Of a stretch of DNA of 64,000 nucleotides, positions 28,569-37,179 are shown in pieces. The stretch lies in the sequence record SRR20825006_2064, one strand, 5' to 3'. How positions within the stretch are numbered: the stretch's first letter is position 1; each line of letters begins with the position of its first letter. A program made the translations under genes and the position numbers. The notes beneath the pieces are model-generated. The model was not told the DNA's origin. It did not search any database and was given only the letters and a program-made list of their open reading frames with translations.

Positions 28569-29570
28569 ATGGCAGACGGTACGGTGATGCGCGCGGACGA
28601 CCAGCTTGATTTCCTCAGGAAACATGGCTGGGGCAGTGCCGATATCACGCCGCTTATCCCCGATGCGTCTTACCGTAGTTACAAACGCCTCACCCTCGAG
28701 GACGAGTGCCGCATGCTGATGGATGCGCCGCCGCCGCGTGAAAACCTGAATGCCTACCTTGATATGACGACGCACCTCAAAAGTCTTGGCTTGCGTGTGC
28801 CTGACATTTTTGCGGAAGACCGAACACTTGGGTATGCGCTGATTGAGGATTTTGGCGATGATACCTTCACTCGCCTTCTGGAAGCAGGCACAGATGCCCG
28901 CGCACTTTACCTGATCGCGACCGATATTCTCATCAAACTTCATAGCCACAAGAACGCGCGTAATATCGCGCTTGCGCCTTATGATATGCCGTCGCTGCTG
29001 CGGGAGGCCGCGCTGTTTGTGGATTGGTTTGTGCCAGCGGTGCGCGGGCAAGGCGTGAGCACAGCGGAGCGCACGCGGTATATGACAGCGTTTGAAGCGG
29101 CGCTTGGAGGGGTGGCTGAGTGCAGGGATGCGCTCGTGCTCAGGGATTTCCATGTGGATAACCTGATGATTGTGGGCGGGACGTTTGACACAAGCCACTG
29201 TGGGCTGCTCGACTATCAGGATGCGCTTATCGGCTCCCCCGCCTATGATGTGATTTCGCTAATTGAAGACGCACGCTGTGATGTGGGCACGGATATTCGC
29301 GCCGCGGTGCTTGAGCGTTATTTCAAGGGAGTGCCGGGAGTCGACCGGGAGGCCTTCACCTCAGACATGATGTTGTTGGGCGCACAGCGCAGCGCCAAGA
29401 TCGCCGGGCTTTTTATTCGGCTCAGCAGGCGCGATAATAAACATATCTACCTCAAACATCTGCCGCGCGTGAACCGCCACCTGAACAACTGTTTGCAGGC
29501 CGATGCGCTCGAAGGCGTGCGAGAGGCTGTATACGCCATGCTGCCGGGTTTCCCCGACGTCGCCTATTAG
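28569..29570 (+). CDS. amgK: Phosphotransferase (APH fold), probable anomeric MurNAc/GlcNAc kinase
   Basis: DASYRSYKR, LMDAPP, EDFGD, RDFHVDNL, LDYQDA..G..AYD..SL.EDAR, G.F.RL..RD.K..Y. Confidence 0.75.
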   Translation: MADGTVMRADDQLDFLRKHGWGSADITPLIPDASYRSYKRLTLEDECRMLMDAPPPRENLNAYLDMTTHLKSLGLRVPDIFAEDRTLGYALIEDFGDDTFTRLLEAGTDARALYLIATDILIKLHSHKNARNIALAPYDMPSLLREAALFVDWFVPAVRGQGVSTAERTRYMTAFEAALGGVAECRDALVLRDFHVDNLMIVGGTFDTSHCGLLDYQDALIGSPAYDVISLIEDARCDVGTDIRAAVLERYFKGVPGVDREAFTSDMMLLGAQRSAKIAGLFIRLSRRDNKHIYLKHLPRVNRHLNNCLQADALEGVREAVYAMLPGFPDVAY

Positions 29571-29588
29571 ATTGCTATGTAAGCTTGG

Positions 29589-30716
29589 TTATTTGCGGTT
29601 TTTCGCGAGGATATCCATAAAGAGCACATCATAAGCGTCGATCATGCCCTCGAGTGAAAAGTCATGCTTTGCTTTAGCTTGATTGGACGCTCCGATGCGC
29701 TTGCCACTTTCGGGTCTGTTGAGGAGGGCAGAAAGGTTGCGGGCTAGCGCGCCTGCGCTGATTTCCTGCACATAGGGCGCGTTCTGGGAGCTGACCATCT
29801 CCGCCACATCTCCCACGTCGGTGGAGACAATAGGCAGACCCGCCGACATGGCTTCAATGACAGAAAGCGGCATCTGTTCAGTGTCAGACGACAGGGCAAA
29901 AATCTCAAAAGCTGAGACGATGTTTTCGGGCTTATCCAAATTGCCGGTGAAAATCACCTTGTCATAAAGGCCGATGCGTTCCGTGAGCATCTTGAGCGGT
30001 TTCATGCCTATGCCGTCGCCCACTATCACAAGGCGCGCTTTTGGGTACAGCTCGCTGACCTGCGCAAACGCCTCAATCAAGCGGCCCACGTTTTTTTCAG
30101 GTCGAAGGGCGGCAACAGTGCCGATGATGCGGTGGTCATTTTCAAGGCCCAGCTTCGCCATCAATGCGCGGTCAGGCGGGCAGATGAAACGTTCAACGTC
30201 GATGCCGTTAGGGATATAGTGTAATTTGCGCGAGCGGATGTGCCAACTGCGGCGGGCGATCGTCTCAAGCGTATGAGAGGGCACCACAACACCGTCACAG
30301 GCCTGGTAAGCAATCATGCGGGTAAGCTTGCGGTGCAGCTTTTCGCGTGTCTGCTCGTCCGGGCCAAAACCATCCTGAATGTGAACGGACGGGCATTTTT
30401 TGTTGAGGAGGTTCGAGAGTGCCCATTCAACGCTGCCCCAGTTATAGGTGATCAGCAGGTCGGGCGTGTATTCCTTGATCAGCTTGCTGCAAGCGCGAAT
30501 GGCTGAAAGCCCGCTTTTGTCTGGGAAGCGGGGCAGTTCTTCTTTGGGAATTGCCACGTCGCGGATAAGCGATAGCGCATCGTAACAACCATTCATGGCA
30601 AATACGGAATGGGTGAAGCGGCCTTGCCTTCGGTTGATCAGGCTCACGAGCCGACGCTGGGCGCCGCCAACCTCGAAGGACGGGAAAACATGCAATATCC
30701 GTGGTTTAACCGACAA
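29589..30716 (-). CDS. Glycosyltransferase family 4 (GT-B fold)
   Basis: GGAQR, IPNGID, LRPEKN, EQMPLSVIEAM, STDVGD. Confidence 0.9.
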   Translation of the reverse strand: MSVKPRILHVFPSFEVGGAQRRLVSLINRRQGRFTHSVFAMNGCYDALSLIRDVAIPKEELPRFPDKSGLSAIRACSKLIKEYTPDLLITYNWGSVEWALSNLLNKKCPSVHIQDGFGPDEQTREKLHRKLTRMIAYQACDGVVVPSHTLETIARRSWHIRSRKLHYIPNGIDVERFICPPDRALMAKLGLENDHRIIGTVAALRPEKNVGRLIEAFAQVSELYPKARLVIVGDGIGMKPLKMLTERIGLYDKVIFTGNLDKPENIVSAFEIFALSSDTEQMPLSVIEAMSAGLPIVSTDVGDVAEMVSSQNAPYVQEISAGALARNLSALLNRPESGKRIGASNQAKAKHDFSLEGMIDAYDVLFMDILAKNRK

Positions 30717-30816
30717 CGCTGTGCTCCCAGTCGCATCTGATTTCCCCTCCTGTCATACTGGCAGGAGGGGGGTGAGATCAAGCGGGAAAGGCTATCGGTG
30801 TTTCGCGTAAAAGTGA

Positions 30817-31674
30817 TCAGTGGCTCATGAAAATGGGCAATTTGCTTTTCGCCACGATATGCCGAGTTACACCACCGAGTACCAACTCGCGCCAGCGGGA
30901 GTGGGAATAGGCGCCCAAAACGATGGTATCTGCGGCTATATCTGCGGCGAGCGTGAGCAATTGGTTGCCGATAGAATTGTCTTCCACATTTTCATGTCGC
31001 GCACGGGCTTTGATGCCGTACTCACCAAGGTAGGCTTTGATGTCGTCAAGGCCGGGGCGCGCGTCGTCCATATCGCCGATCTGCACCACGGTGACTTTCT
31101 CTGCATCAATGAGCATGGGCATGGCACCGCCCACGGCGCGTGCGCCTTCCGCTCTGCCGTTCCAGGCGATCATCACGTGGCGACCAACTTCGCGGGTGTA
31201 GCCCGAAGGCACCATCAATACAGACCGGCCGGAGCGGAAGATCAGGTCGTGGAAGATATCGTCACTATCAGGGATTTCGCTGTCTGGTTTATTGCAGATG
31301 GCAAGGTCGGCGGTGCGGGCACGCCTGCCAACATGGTCAGTTATCTGGCCAGTCACTGTCGTCCAGCGGGCGCGGGCATGATCACTATGCTCATCGCCCT
31401 TCAGAATCTTGATATCTGCGGCCTGCATGCAGGCTCGAAAATCCTTTTCGGCTTTTGCAGCATTGGCCAAGCCTTCCTTTTCCGCCGTGTCGCAAAGCTG
31501 CTGGATCATGTCTGCTGTCAAGCCTTCGCCCATGAAGGGGATGGCGAGGCGCGGATCAGGCCGAATGAACAACCCGTGCAGTGACGCACGAAAGCGCAAA
31601 GTCAGGTCTGCCGCGATACGGCTTAACGTTTCTGTATCCACGCAATAAGTGAGGGGGAGCAGAATAGATTTCAT
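30817..31674 (-). CDS. Universal stress protein (tandem USP domains)
   Basis: IAWNGRAEGARA, VLGAYSHSRWRELVLGGVTR; AGGAGG RBS. Confidence 0.9.
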   Translation of the reverse strand: MKSILLPLTYCVDTETLSRIAADLTLRFRASLHGLFIRPDPRLAIPFMGEGLTADMIQQLCDTAEKEGLANAAKAEKDFRACMQAADIKILKGDEHSDHARARWTTVTGQITDHVGRRARTADLAICNKPDSEIPDSDDIFHDLIFRSGRSVLMVPSGYTREVGRHVMIAWNGRAEGARAVGGAMPMLIDAEKVTVVQIGDMDDARPGLDDIKAYLGEYGIKARARHENVEDNSIGNQLLTLAADIAADTIVLGAYSHSRWRELVLGGVTRHIVAKSKLPIFMSH

Positions 31675-31738
31675 CGAATTTGCCTCCTTCTGGTTTCGGC
31701 CCTATAGAAGGTATTGAGACATTGGCCGGGTTTGGTCT

Positions 31739-31752
31739 TTGATTTGGATCAA
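31739..31752. promoter_or_regulatory. FNR/FixK box TTGAT-TTGG-ATCAA
   Basis: Perfect TTGAT-N4-ATCAA, 65 bp upstream of the usp start. Confidence 0.75.
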
Positions 31753-31776
31753 AAGTAACAAATAAGACCAAGAACG

Positions 31777-31792
31777 GTTCATCAAGCGTTCA
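31777..31792 (+). promoter_or_regulatory. OmpR/PhoP-type direct repeat GTTCA-N6-GTTCA
   Basis: 11-bp period, immediately upstream of the PepSY-RR-HK operon. Confidence 0.55.
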
Positions 31793-31818
31793 CTGCCGTC
31801 ACAGTAAGAGTATAACCC

Positions 31819-32139
31819 ATGAAACGACTTATTTATATTGTACTCTTGATCGCAGCGCTGCCGCTGATGCCACATCCATCGGGTTCCGGCACCAGTTGGG
31901 CTGTGCTCGCGGCAGATGAACAGGATGACGTGCTGAAAGCGATCAAGCGCGGCGACGTCATGCCCTATTCAAAAATCAAACGCATTGCCGAATCGAAACT
32001 GAACGGTGTGGTGGTTGGCCAGCAACTCCGCCGTACCAACCGTGGTTGGCAATACGACCTTAGAGTCAGGCGTAAAGATGGCAGAGTTATGGTTGCCATA
32101 GTTAACGCACAAACTGGTGAGATTCTGCGCACACGATAG
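31819..32139 (+). CDS. PepSY-domain exported protein
   Basis: Signal peptide; YDLRV..KDGRV..AIVNAQTGEIL. Confidence 0.8.
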   Translation: MKRLIYIVLLIAALPLMPHPSGSGTSWAVLAADEQDDVLKAIKRGDVMPYSKIKRIAESKLNGVVVGQQLRRTNRGWQYDLRVRRKDGRVMVAIVNAQTGEILRTR

Positions 32140-32180
32140 GGCCCAGCCGATGCGGGTTCCACCTTGATGGGGAAAGACTT

Positions 32181-32852
32181 ATGCGGATTTTGATTGTTGA
32201 GGATGATGCGGCGCTGGCGGCGCAGATGAAACAAAGTCTGATAGACGTTGGCTATTCGGTTGATCATGCGGAAGACGGCGAAGACGGCCATTTCCTCGGT
32301 GATACTGAGCCTTACGACGCCATTATCCTGGATCTTGGCCTTCCGATCATGGACGGCGCGAGCGTGCTCAAGAAATGGCGCTCAGACGGCCGCGAAATGC
32401 CGGTGCTTATCCTCACCGCTCGCGACGGCTGGACCGACAAGGTTGAAGGCCTGGATGCAGGTGCAGATGATTACCTGACCAAACCGTTCATGATGGAAGA
32501 GCTGCTGGCGCGGCTTCGTGCGCTCATCCGCCGCTCTGTCGGGCAATCCAGCCCGCAGTTTAGCTGTGGCCCTGTTATTCTCGATACGCGAAACGGACGT
32601 GTAAGTGTGGATGGTCGCGCGATCAAGCTGACCGCACAGGAATTCAAGCTGCTCTCTTACCTGATGCACCACGAAGGCAAGGTGATCTCACGTACCGAGT
32701 TGACCGAACATATCTATGATCAGGATTTTGACCGGGATTCGAACACAATTGAGGTGTTTGTGAACCGGATCAGGAAAAAGCTGGACGTGCCGATCATTGG
32801 CACAGTGCGCGGGCTTGGGTATCGGCTTGAATGGCAGGAGGGTAAGGCGTGA
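32181..32852 (+). CDS. OmpR-family response regulator (PhoP/FeuP-like)
   Basis: MRILIVEDD, ILDLGLP, LTARD.W..KV.GLDAGADDYLTKPF, TVRGLGY. Confidence 0.93.
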   Translation: MRILIVEDDAALAAQMKQSLIDVGYSVDHAEDGEDGHFLGDTEPYDAIILDLGLPIMDGASVLKKWRSDGREMPVLILTARDGWTDKVEGLDAGADDYLTKPFMMEELLARLRALIRRSVGQSSPQFSCGPVILDTRNGRVSVDGRAIKLTAQEFKLLSYLMHHEGKVISRTELTEHIYDQDFDRDSNTIEVFVNRIRKKLDVPIIGTVRGLGYRLEWQEGKA

Positions 32853-34210
32853 TCACGGCTTCTGGCCGTTTTTTCAGATCCCTTACCGGGCGGCTTTTGC
32901 TGTCCGCCCTCCTGTGGTCTGCCGCAGCCCTTGCCATTGGTGGCATGCTGCTTTCTTTTGCTTTTCGCTCCTACGTTCTGCGTGATATCGACCAGAAGCT
33001 TGAGATGCAGATCGACACCATGGTGGGAATCAGTGAAATCTCTCCCGAAGGCGTGTTGAGGTTCAGCCAGCCACTACTGGACCAGCGTTTCGCCGCCCCC
33101 TATTCAGGCTGGTATTGGCAGATTTCCGAGATAGACAACCCGCCGTTTCGCTCCCGCAGTTTGTGGGATTTTGAGCTTACGCCTGACCTGAACGCACGCG
33201 CCTTTTCCCTCCGGCTTTCAGAAGTGGAAGGGCCGGACGGCCAGATGCTCCGTATGGCGGAGCGGGATATCATCCTGCCTGAAGCCGACCGCATTTTCCG
33301 CTATCAGGTCGGTACTGACACCGCGGAGGTGCGGGAGGCTATCGCCCAGTTTAACTGGCTTTTGATGGGTGCGCTTGCGCTTATCATGCTCACGGTGTCG
33401 CTCGCGCTTGTTATTCAGGTGGCTTATGGGCTCCGACCGCTCAGGAACCTGAGACGCGCACTTACAGAGGTGCGTAGCGGTCATAAAGCGCGAATTGAAG
33501 GGGACTGGCCGGAAGACCTGAAGCCTCTCGCGCAAGAGATTAACGCCCTTGTGGATCAGAACGAAAAGTTGGTGGATCGGGCCCGCACGCATGTGGGCAA
33601 TCTGGCGCACGCGCTGAAAACACCGCTGAGCGTTATCCTCAACGAGGTTGAGGGCGATAATAGTAAAAAGGGCCAGGCCATTACCCTACAAACCAAAAGC
33701 ATCCGTGACCATATCGATCACCACCTGAAGCGCGCGCGCATTGCTGGAGGCGGTAGCGGACCGGGCTTGCCAATTCAGGAACGGGTGGAAAAGCTCGGCC
33801 GGGCTATCGAGCGACTAAACCGTGACAAAGGGTTGAGTGTTGAGGTGACATGCCCGAGTGAGCTCAAATTTGACGGTGAAAAAGAAGACTTCGACGAGCT
33901 TCTGGGCAACATCGTTGATAATGCCGGTAAATGGGCGCATTCAATCGTGCGCCTGACCGCTGCGCCGGTTACCTCACAGCATCGCCGCCCGATGATGGAA
34001 ATTCGGGTGGAAGATGACGGCCCAGGCGTGCCAGCGGATGAGCGCGAAACCTTGTTTGAGCGCGGAAAACGACTTGATGAACATGTGCCTGGTACAGGGC
34101 TTGGGCTCGCGATCGCGCGTGATATCGTTGAACTATATGGCGGGCAGGCATCGCTTGAAGAAGCCAGCCTTGGTGGCTTGGCGGTTATCCTGCTGTTGCC
34201 TGCAAAATAG
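32849..34210 (+). CDS. Sensor histidine kinase (PhoQ/FeuQ-like)
   Basis: Two TM segments, HAMP, GNLAHALKTPL, GNIVDNAGKW, EDDGPG, GTGLGL. Confidence 0.92.
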   Translation: MITASGRFFRSLTGRLLLSALLWSAAALAIGGMLLSFAFRSYVLRDIDQKLEMQIDTMVGISEISPEGVLRFSQPLLDQRFAAPYSGWYWQISEIDNPPFRSRSLWDFELTPDLNARAFSLRLSEVEGPDGQMLRMAERDIILPEADRIFRYQVGTDTAEVREAIAQFNWLLMGALALIMLTVSLALVIQVAYGLRPLRNLRRALTEVRSGHKARIEGDWPEDLKPLAQEINALVDQNEKLVDRARTHVGNLAHALKTPLSVILNEVEGDNSKKGQAITLQTKSIRDHIDHHLKRARIAGGGSGPGLPIQERVEKLGRAIERLNRDKGLSVEVTCPSELKFDGEKEDFDELLGNIVDNAGKWAHSIVRLTAAPVTSQHRRPMMEIRVEDDGPGVPADERETLFERGKRLDEHVPGTGLGLAIARDIVELYGGQASLEEASLGGLAVILLLPAK

Positions 34211-34218
34211 CTTTAGGC

Positions 34219-34608
34219 CTAACGTCCCTTGTAAGCAGTTGCTGCCATTAAGCCCCATCCCGCCATCAGCGCAAGGCCCCCGATTGGTGTGATCCAGTGA
34301 AAAGAACCAAGGCTGCCGGGCCCCATAACGGCACGCACGTAAAGGCTACCTGAAAACGCTATTATACCCAGGATGAAAGCGTAGGCCGAGCGGCTGCCGG
34401 TTATGTGGGTGCCGTCGCCTCTGCTCATTAGCCACGCAAGCCCAAGGAGCGCGAGTGCGTGATAAAACTGGAAAGTGGCTGCTTGTGTGAAAAGAGATTT
34501 GTCCTGCTCTGCGATCCGGCTTGCAAGCAGATGGGCGCCAAGTGCGGATGCGGCAGTGGCGATAAAACCGTTAAGGGCGGCAACCGCCGCTACTGTCGAG
34601 ATTTTCAC
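34219..34608 (-). CDS. DUF423 (YgdD/TMEM256) membrane protein
   Basis: ALGAH, FQFYHALALL, FSGSLY, ITPIGG...GW. Confidence 0.88.
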   Translation of the reverse strand: MKISTVAAVAALNGFIATAASALGAHLLASRIAEQDKSLFTQAATFQFYHALALLGLAWLMSRGDGTHITGSRSAYAFILGIIAFSGSLYVRAVMGPGSLGSFHWITPIGGLALMAGWGLMAATAYKGR

Positions 34609-35073
34609 ATTAGGGCCTTTATTCCGGGTTATTGTTGTCAGAGTGATGCTAGGTTATCTTTATCACCCAGAGGTAGCAATGATAACGATACATATGTCGG
34701 GCGCAAGCGCGAAGTCATGGCTACTTCTTGGTGTTAATTTGCCCTAAAGGGTAGGGAAAGCAAGCGTTGCAGACTTCATCATTTGATGAAAGCAATGCTT
34801 GGCAAGGCTGTAATTTATGGTACAGTTATTACAGTAAAAATTGTATTTAGCACGGTGTGCGCGCAGTTGGACGGGGGTCGAGCTGCTTGAGAGAGGCAAA
34901 TAGTTGCACGTGTGGGCGGTGTCTGGTGTTTGTGGGTTTGAAGCCAAAACGCCGGGATTTCCGAAGGAGGCAAGTGGTAACTATCAGGCAAAGGTTGGGG
35001 CGCTGATTTTTGTTTCCGGCAATATGCCGGGCCCTTGGTGCAGAGTTGACCAAGGGTAGGTAAGGAGACCGCA

Positions 35074-36765
35074 GTGCTGCAGGAAATTATAAATACCGCC
35101 AATATGGGCTTTGTTGTTGTTGGGCCCCAGCTTGATATTCGCCTCTGGAACCGCTGGATGGTCCAGGTAACTGGTATTGAGAGCGAAGTGGCCTGTTGCA
35201 AGACGCTTCTGGAAGCGTTGCCATCTATCAAACATTCCTCCCTGGTTGAGAAAGTTGAAGCCGCGCTTGAGAAAGGCATGTCGGTCAGACTGCCATCGGG
35301 TAAAGGAAACCAGATATCAGAGCTAGGCGCGGTCAATATCCTCGTACAGCCGCTGAAGGCAAAGCGTCATCTGCATACGCTGAGGCCGCTTAGTGAAGAG
35401 AGGGCGGACCCGCTGTGCCTTATCCAGTTTAGTGTTCAAAGTGAAAAGCCGCTTATTGCACCAGCGGTGACGCCGGATACGGCGCCCAGCGTTGCTGACA
35501 ATGCAGCGGATGCACGGTTCGAGTTTCTCGCTACAATCGGCCACCAGATCAGGACACCCGTGAACGGTGTACTCGGTGTGGCGGACCTGCTTGCAGGAAC
35601 ACAGCTTAACCATGAGCAGCGCAAATATGTTGAGCTCCTCGTACGGTCAGGACAATCGCTTCTCGATTTCATTAACGAGATGACCGACCTGTCCCTTCTG
35701 GAGGCTGGTCAGGTGACGCTGTCACATGAGACATTTAACCTGCCGCGCCTGATGCAGGACGTGATGAACCTGTTTGCGTCCAGTGGCTCCGTCAAAGGGG
35801 TGCAGGGGGTGGTTGACCTGCCAAAGGGGCTGCCTACCTTTATCCGCGCTGACGTGCACAAGATCAGGCAGATCCTTGTAAACTTGCTCAGCAACGCCTT
35901 CAAGTTCACAGACAGGGGCCGTGTTTGCCTGAATGTCTCTTATTCTGGCGGGACAGAGCAGGGCACGCTGGTGTTTGAGGTTGCCGACACCGGTGTTGGT
36001 ATCCCGCCCGCGCGGATCAACGGGCTTTTTGAAAAGCTGCGTATGGATTCGACCGGTATTTCGCGCCTTTTTAATAAAACCGGGCTTGGGCTTTATATCT
36101 GCCACGAGCTGGTTGAGCTTTTTGGGGGCGAGATCAGGGTAGAAAGCGGGGTCGGGCAAGGCACGACCTTTACAGTTTCATTGCCGGTTGAGGTCGCAGA
36201 TGAACACACGGGCCTTGCGACGGAGAGTGGTAAAAGCAAACCGGCGCGAACAGAAGATCAGGGATCGTGGCGTGTTCTTGTCGCCGAAGATAACCCGATC
36301 AACCAGACACTGATCTGTAAACTTTTAGAGAACCAAGGTCACTCGGTTGTGCTGACCACAAATGGACAGGAAGCCGTGACGGCTGTGCAGATCCAGGAAC
36401 CGTTCGACATTATCCTGATGGATATCAGCATGCCGGTGATGGATGGACTGGAGGCAACCGCCCTGATCCGTTCGCTCGTAGGCCGCAATGGCCGTGTGCC
36501 AATTATCGCCCTTACGGCCCACGCCATGGGCGGGGACCGTGAGCTATTCCTTGAGGCTGGGATGGACGGTTATCACAGCAAACCGGTCGACCCGCCAAAG
36601 CTTTTCGAAGCCATGGCGCGCGCGATTGAGGAGCATAAGCGCGACAAGTCTAGGGTATTTGCTAGGGAACAAGGACAATTGGTACGCCCAGAGAATGAGC
36701 GAGCGAATTTGCCACACTCCCCAGAATTAGATCCCCGACGCGGGAGCGACCCCTACGACCAGTGA
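35074..36765 (+). CDS. Cytoplasmic hybrid histidine kinase/response regulator with N-terminal PAS-like region
   Basis: GHQIRTP, QILVNLLSNAFKFT, VADTGVGI, TGLGL; receiver VAEDN...LMDISMPVMDG...ALTA...KP. Confidence 0.88.
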   Translation: MLQEIINTANMGFVVVGPQLDIRLWNRWMVQVTGIESEVACCKTLLEALPSIKHSSLVEKVEAALEKGMSVRLPSGKGNQISELGAVNILVQPLKAKRHLHTLRPLSEERADPLCLIQFSVQSEKPLIAPAVTPDTAPSVADNAADARFEFLATIGHQIRTPVNGVLGVADLLAGTQLNHEQRKYVELLVRSGQSLLDFINEMTDLSLLEAGQVTLSHETFNLPRLMQDVMNLFASSGSVKGVQGVVDLPKGLPTFIRADVHKIRQILVNLLSNAFKFTDRGRVCLNVSYSGGTEQGTLVFEVADTGVGIPPARINGLFEKLRMDSTGISRLFNKTGLGLYICHELVELFGGEIRVESGVGQGTTFTVSLPVEVADEHTGLATESGKSKPARTEDQGSWRVLVAEDNPINQTLICKLLENQGHSVVLTTNGQEAVTAVQIQEPFDIILMDISMPVMDGLEATALIRSLVGRNGRVPIIALTAHAMGGDRELFLEAGMDGYHSKPVDPPKLFEAMARAIEEHKRDKSRVFAREQGQLVRPENERANLPHSPELDPRRGSDPYDQ

Positions 36766-37105
36766 AAACAAAAGCCGGGCGTTCCGCTTTCGCGCGCTCG
36801 CGAATGACTTTCACCGGGTGGCCCCAGTGAAACTCTGATGTCATGGACACGCCGCTCTTTTCATGTTTCTGAAGGATGGGCCCAAAAATCTGTGAATGGG
36901 CCGAGTGCTCTTCCTCTTCCCTCTCTACTGGCCGTGTGGAGATTTCCTCAAGGGTCATGGGCTGAAGACCAGACCATGGAATAACCGTGATTAAACGAAC
37001 CTCGGCACCAGTTTTCTGGGCAAGACCGACGGCATGATCGGCTGCGCGCTCGCCCCATTCACTGCCGTCAACTGCAACAAGATAGAGATTGTTCTTTTTC
37101 GTCAT
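36662..37105 (-). CDS. Universal stress protein (single domain)
   Basis: LVAVDGS, GHP, GRRGRSRVGDLILGSVA. Confidence 0.9.
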   Translation of the reverse strand: MTKKNNLYLVAVDGSEWGERAADHAVGLAQKTGAEVRLITVIPWSGLQPMTLEEISTRPVEREEEEHSAHSQIFGPILQKHEKSGVSMTSEFHWGHPVKVIRERAKAERPAFVFTGRRGRSRVGDLILGSVANSLAHSLGVPIVLVP

Positions 37106-37165
37106 GAGTATCCCCTTTCAAATGGATGATTGGGGGTACTCTATCGATGATTAACGGCTGCGGCC

Positions 37166-37179
37166 TTGATTTGCGTCAA
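37166..37179. promoter_or_regulatory. FNR/FixK-like box TTGAT-TTGC-GTCAA
   Basis: One mismatch to consensus, 61 bp upstream of the second usp start. Confidence 0.65.

Noticed and set aside
28569-29570. Aminoglycoside phosphotransferase resistance gene
   Set aside because: Motifs (DAS.R.Y.R, MDAPP, DYQDA) fit the AmgK peptidoglycan-recycling kinase better
34734-34748. CtrA-like TTAA-N7-TAAA upstream of the hybrid kinase
   Set aside because: Mismatch in the second half-site; too weak without conservation data
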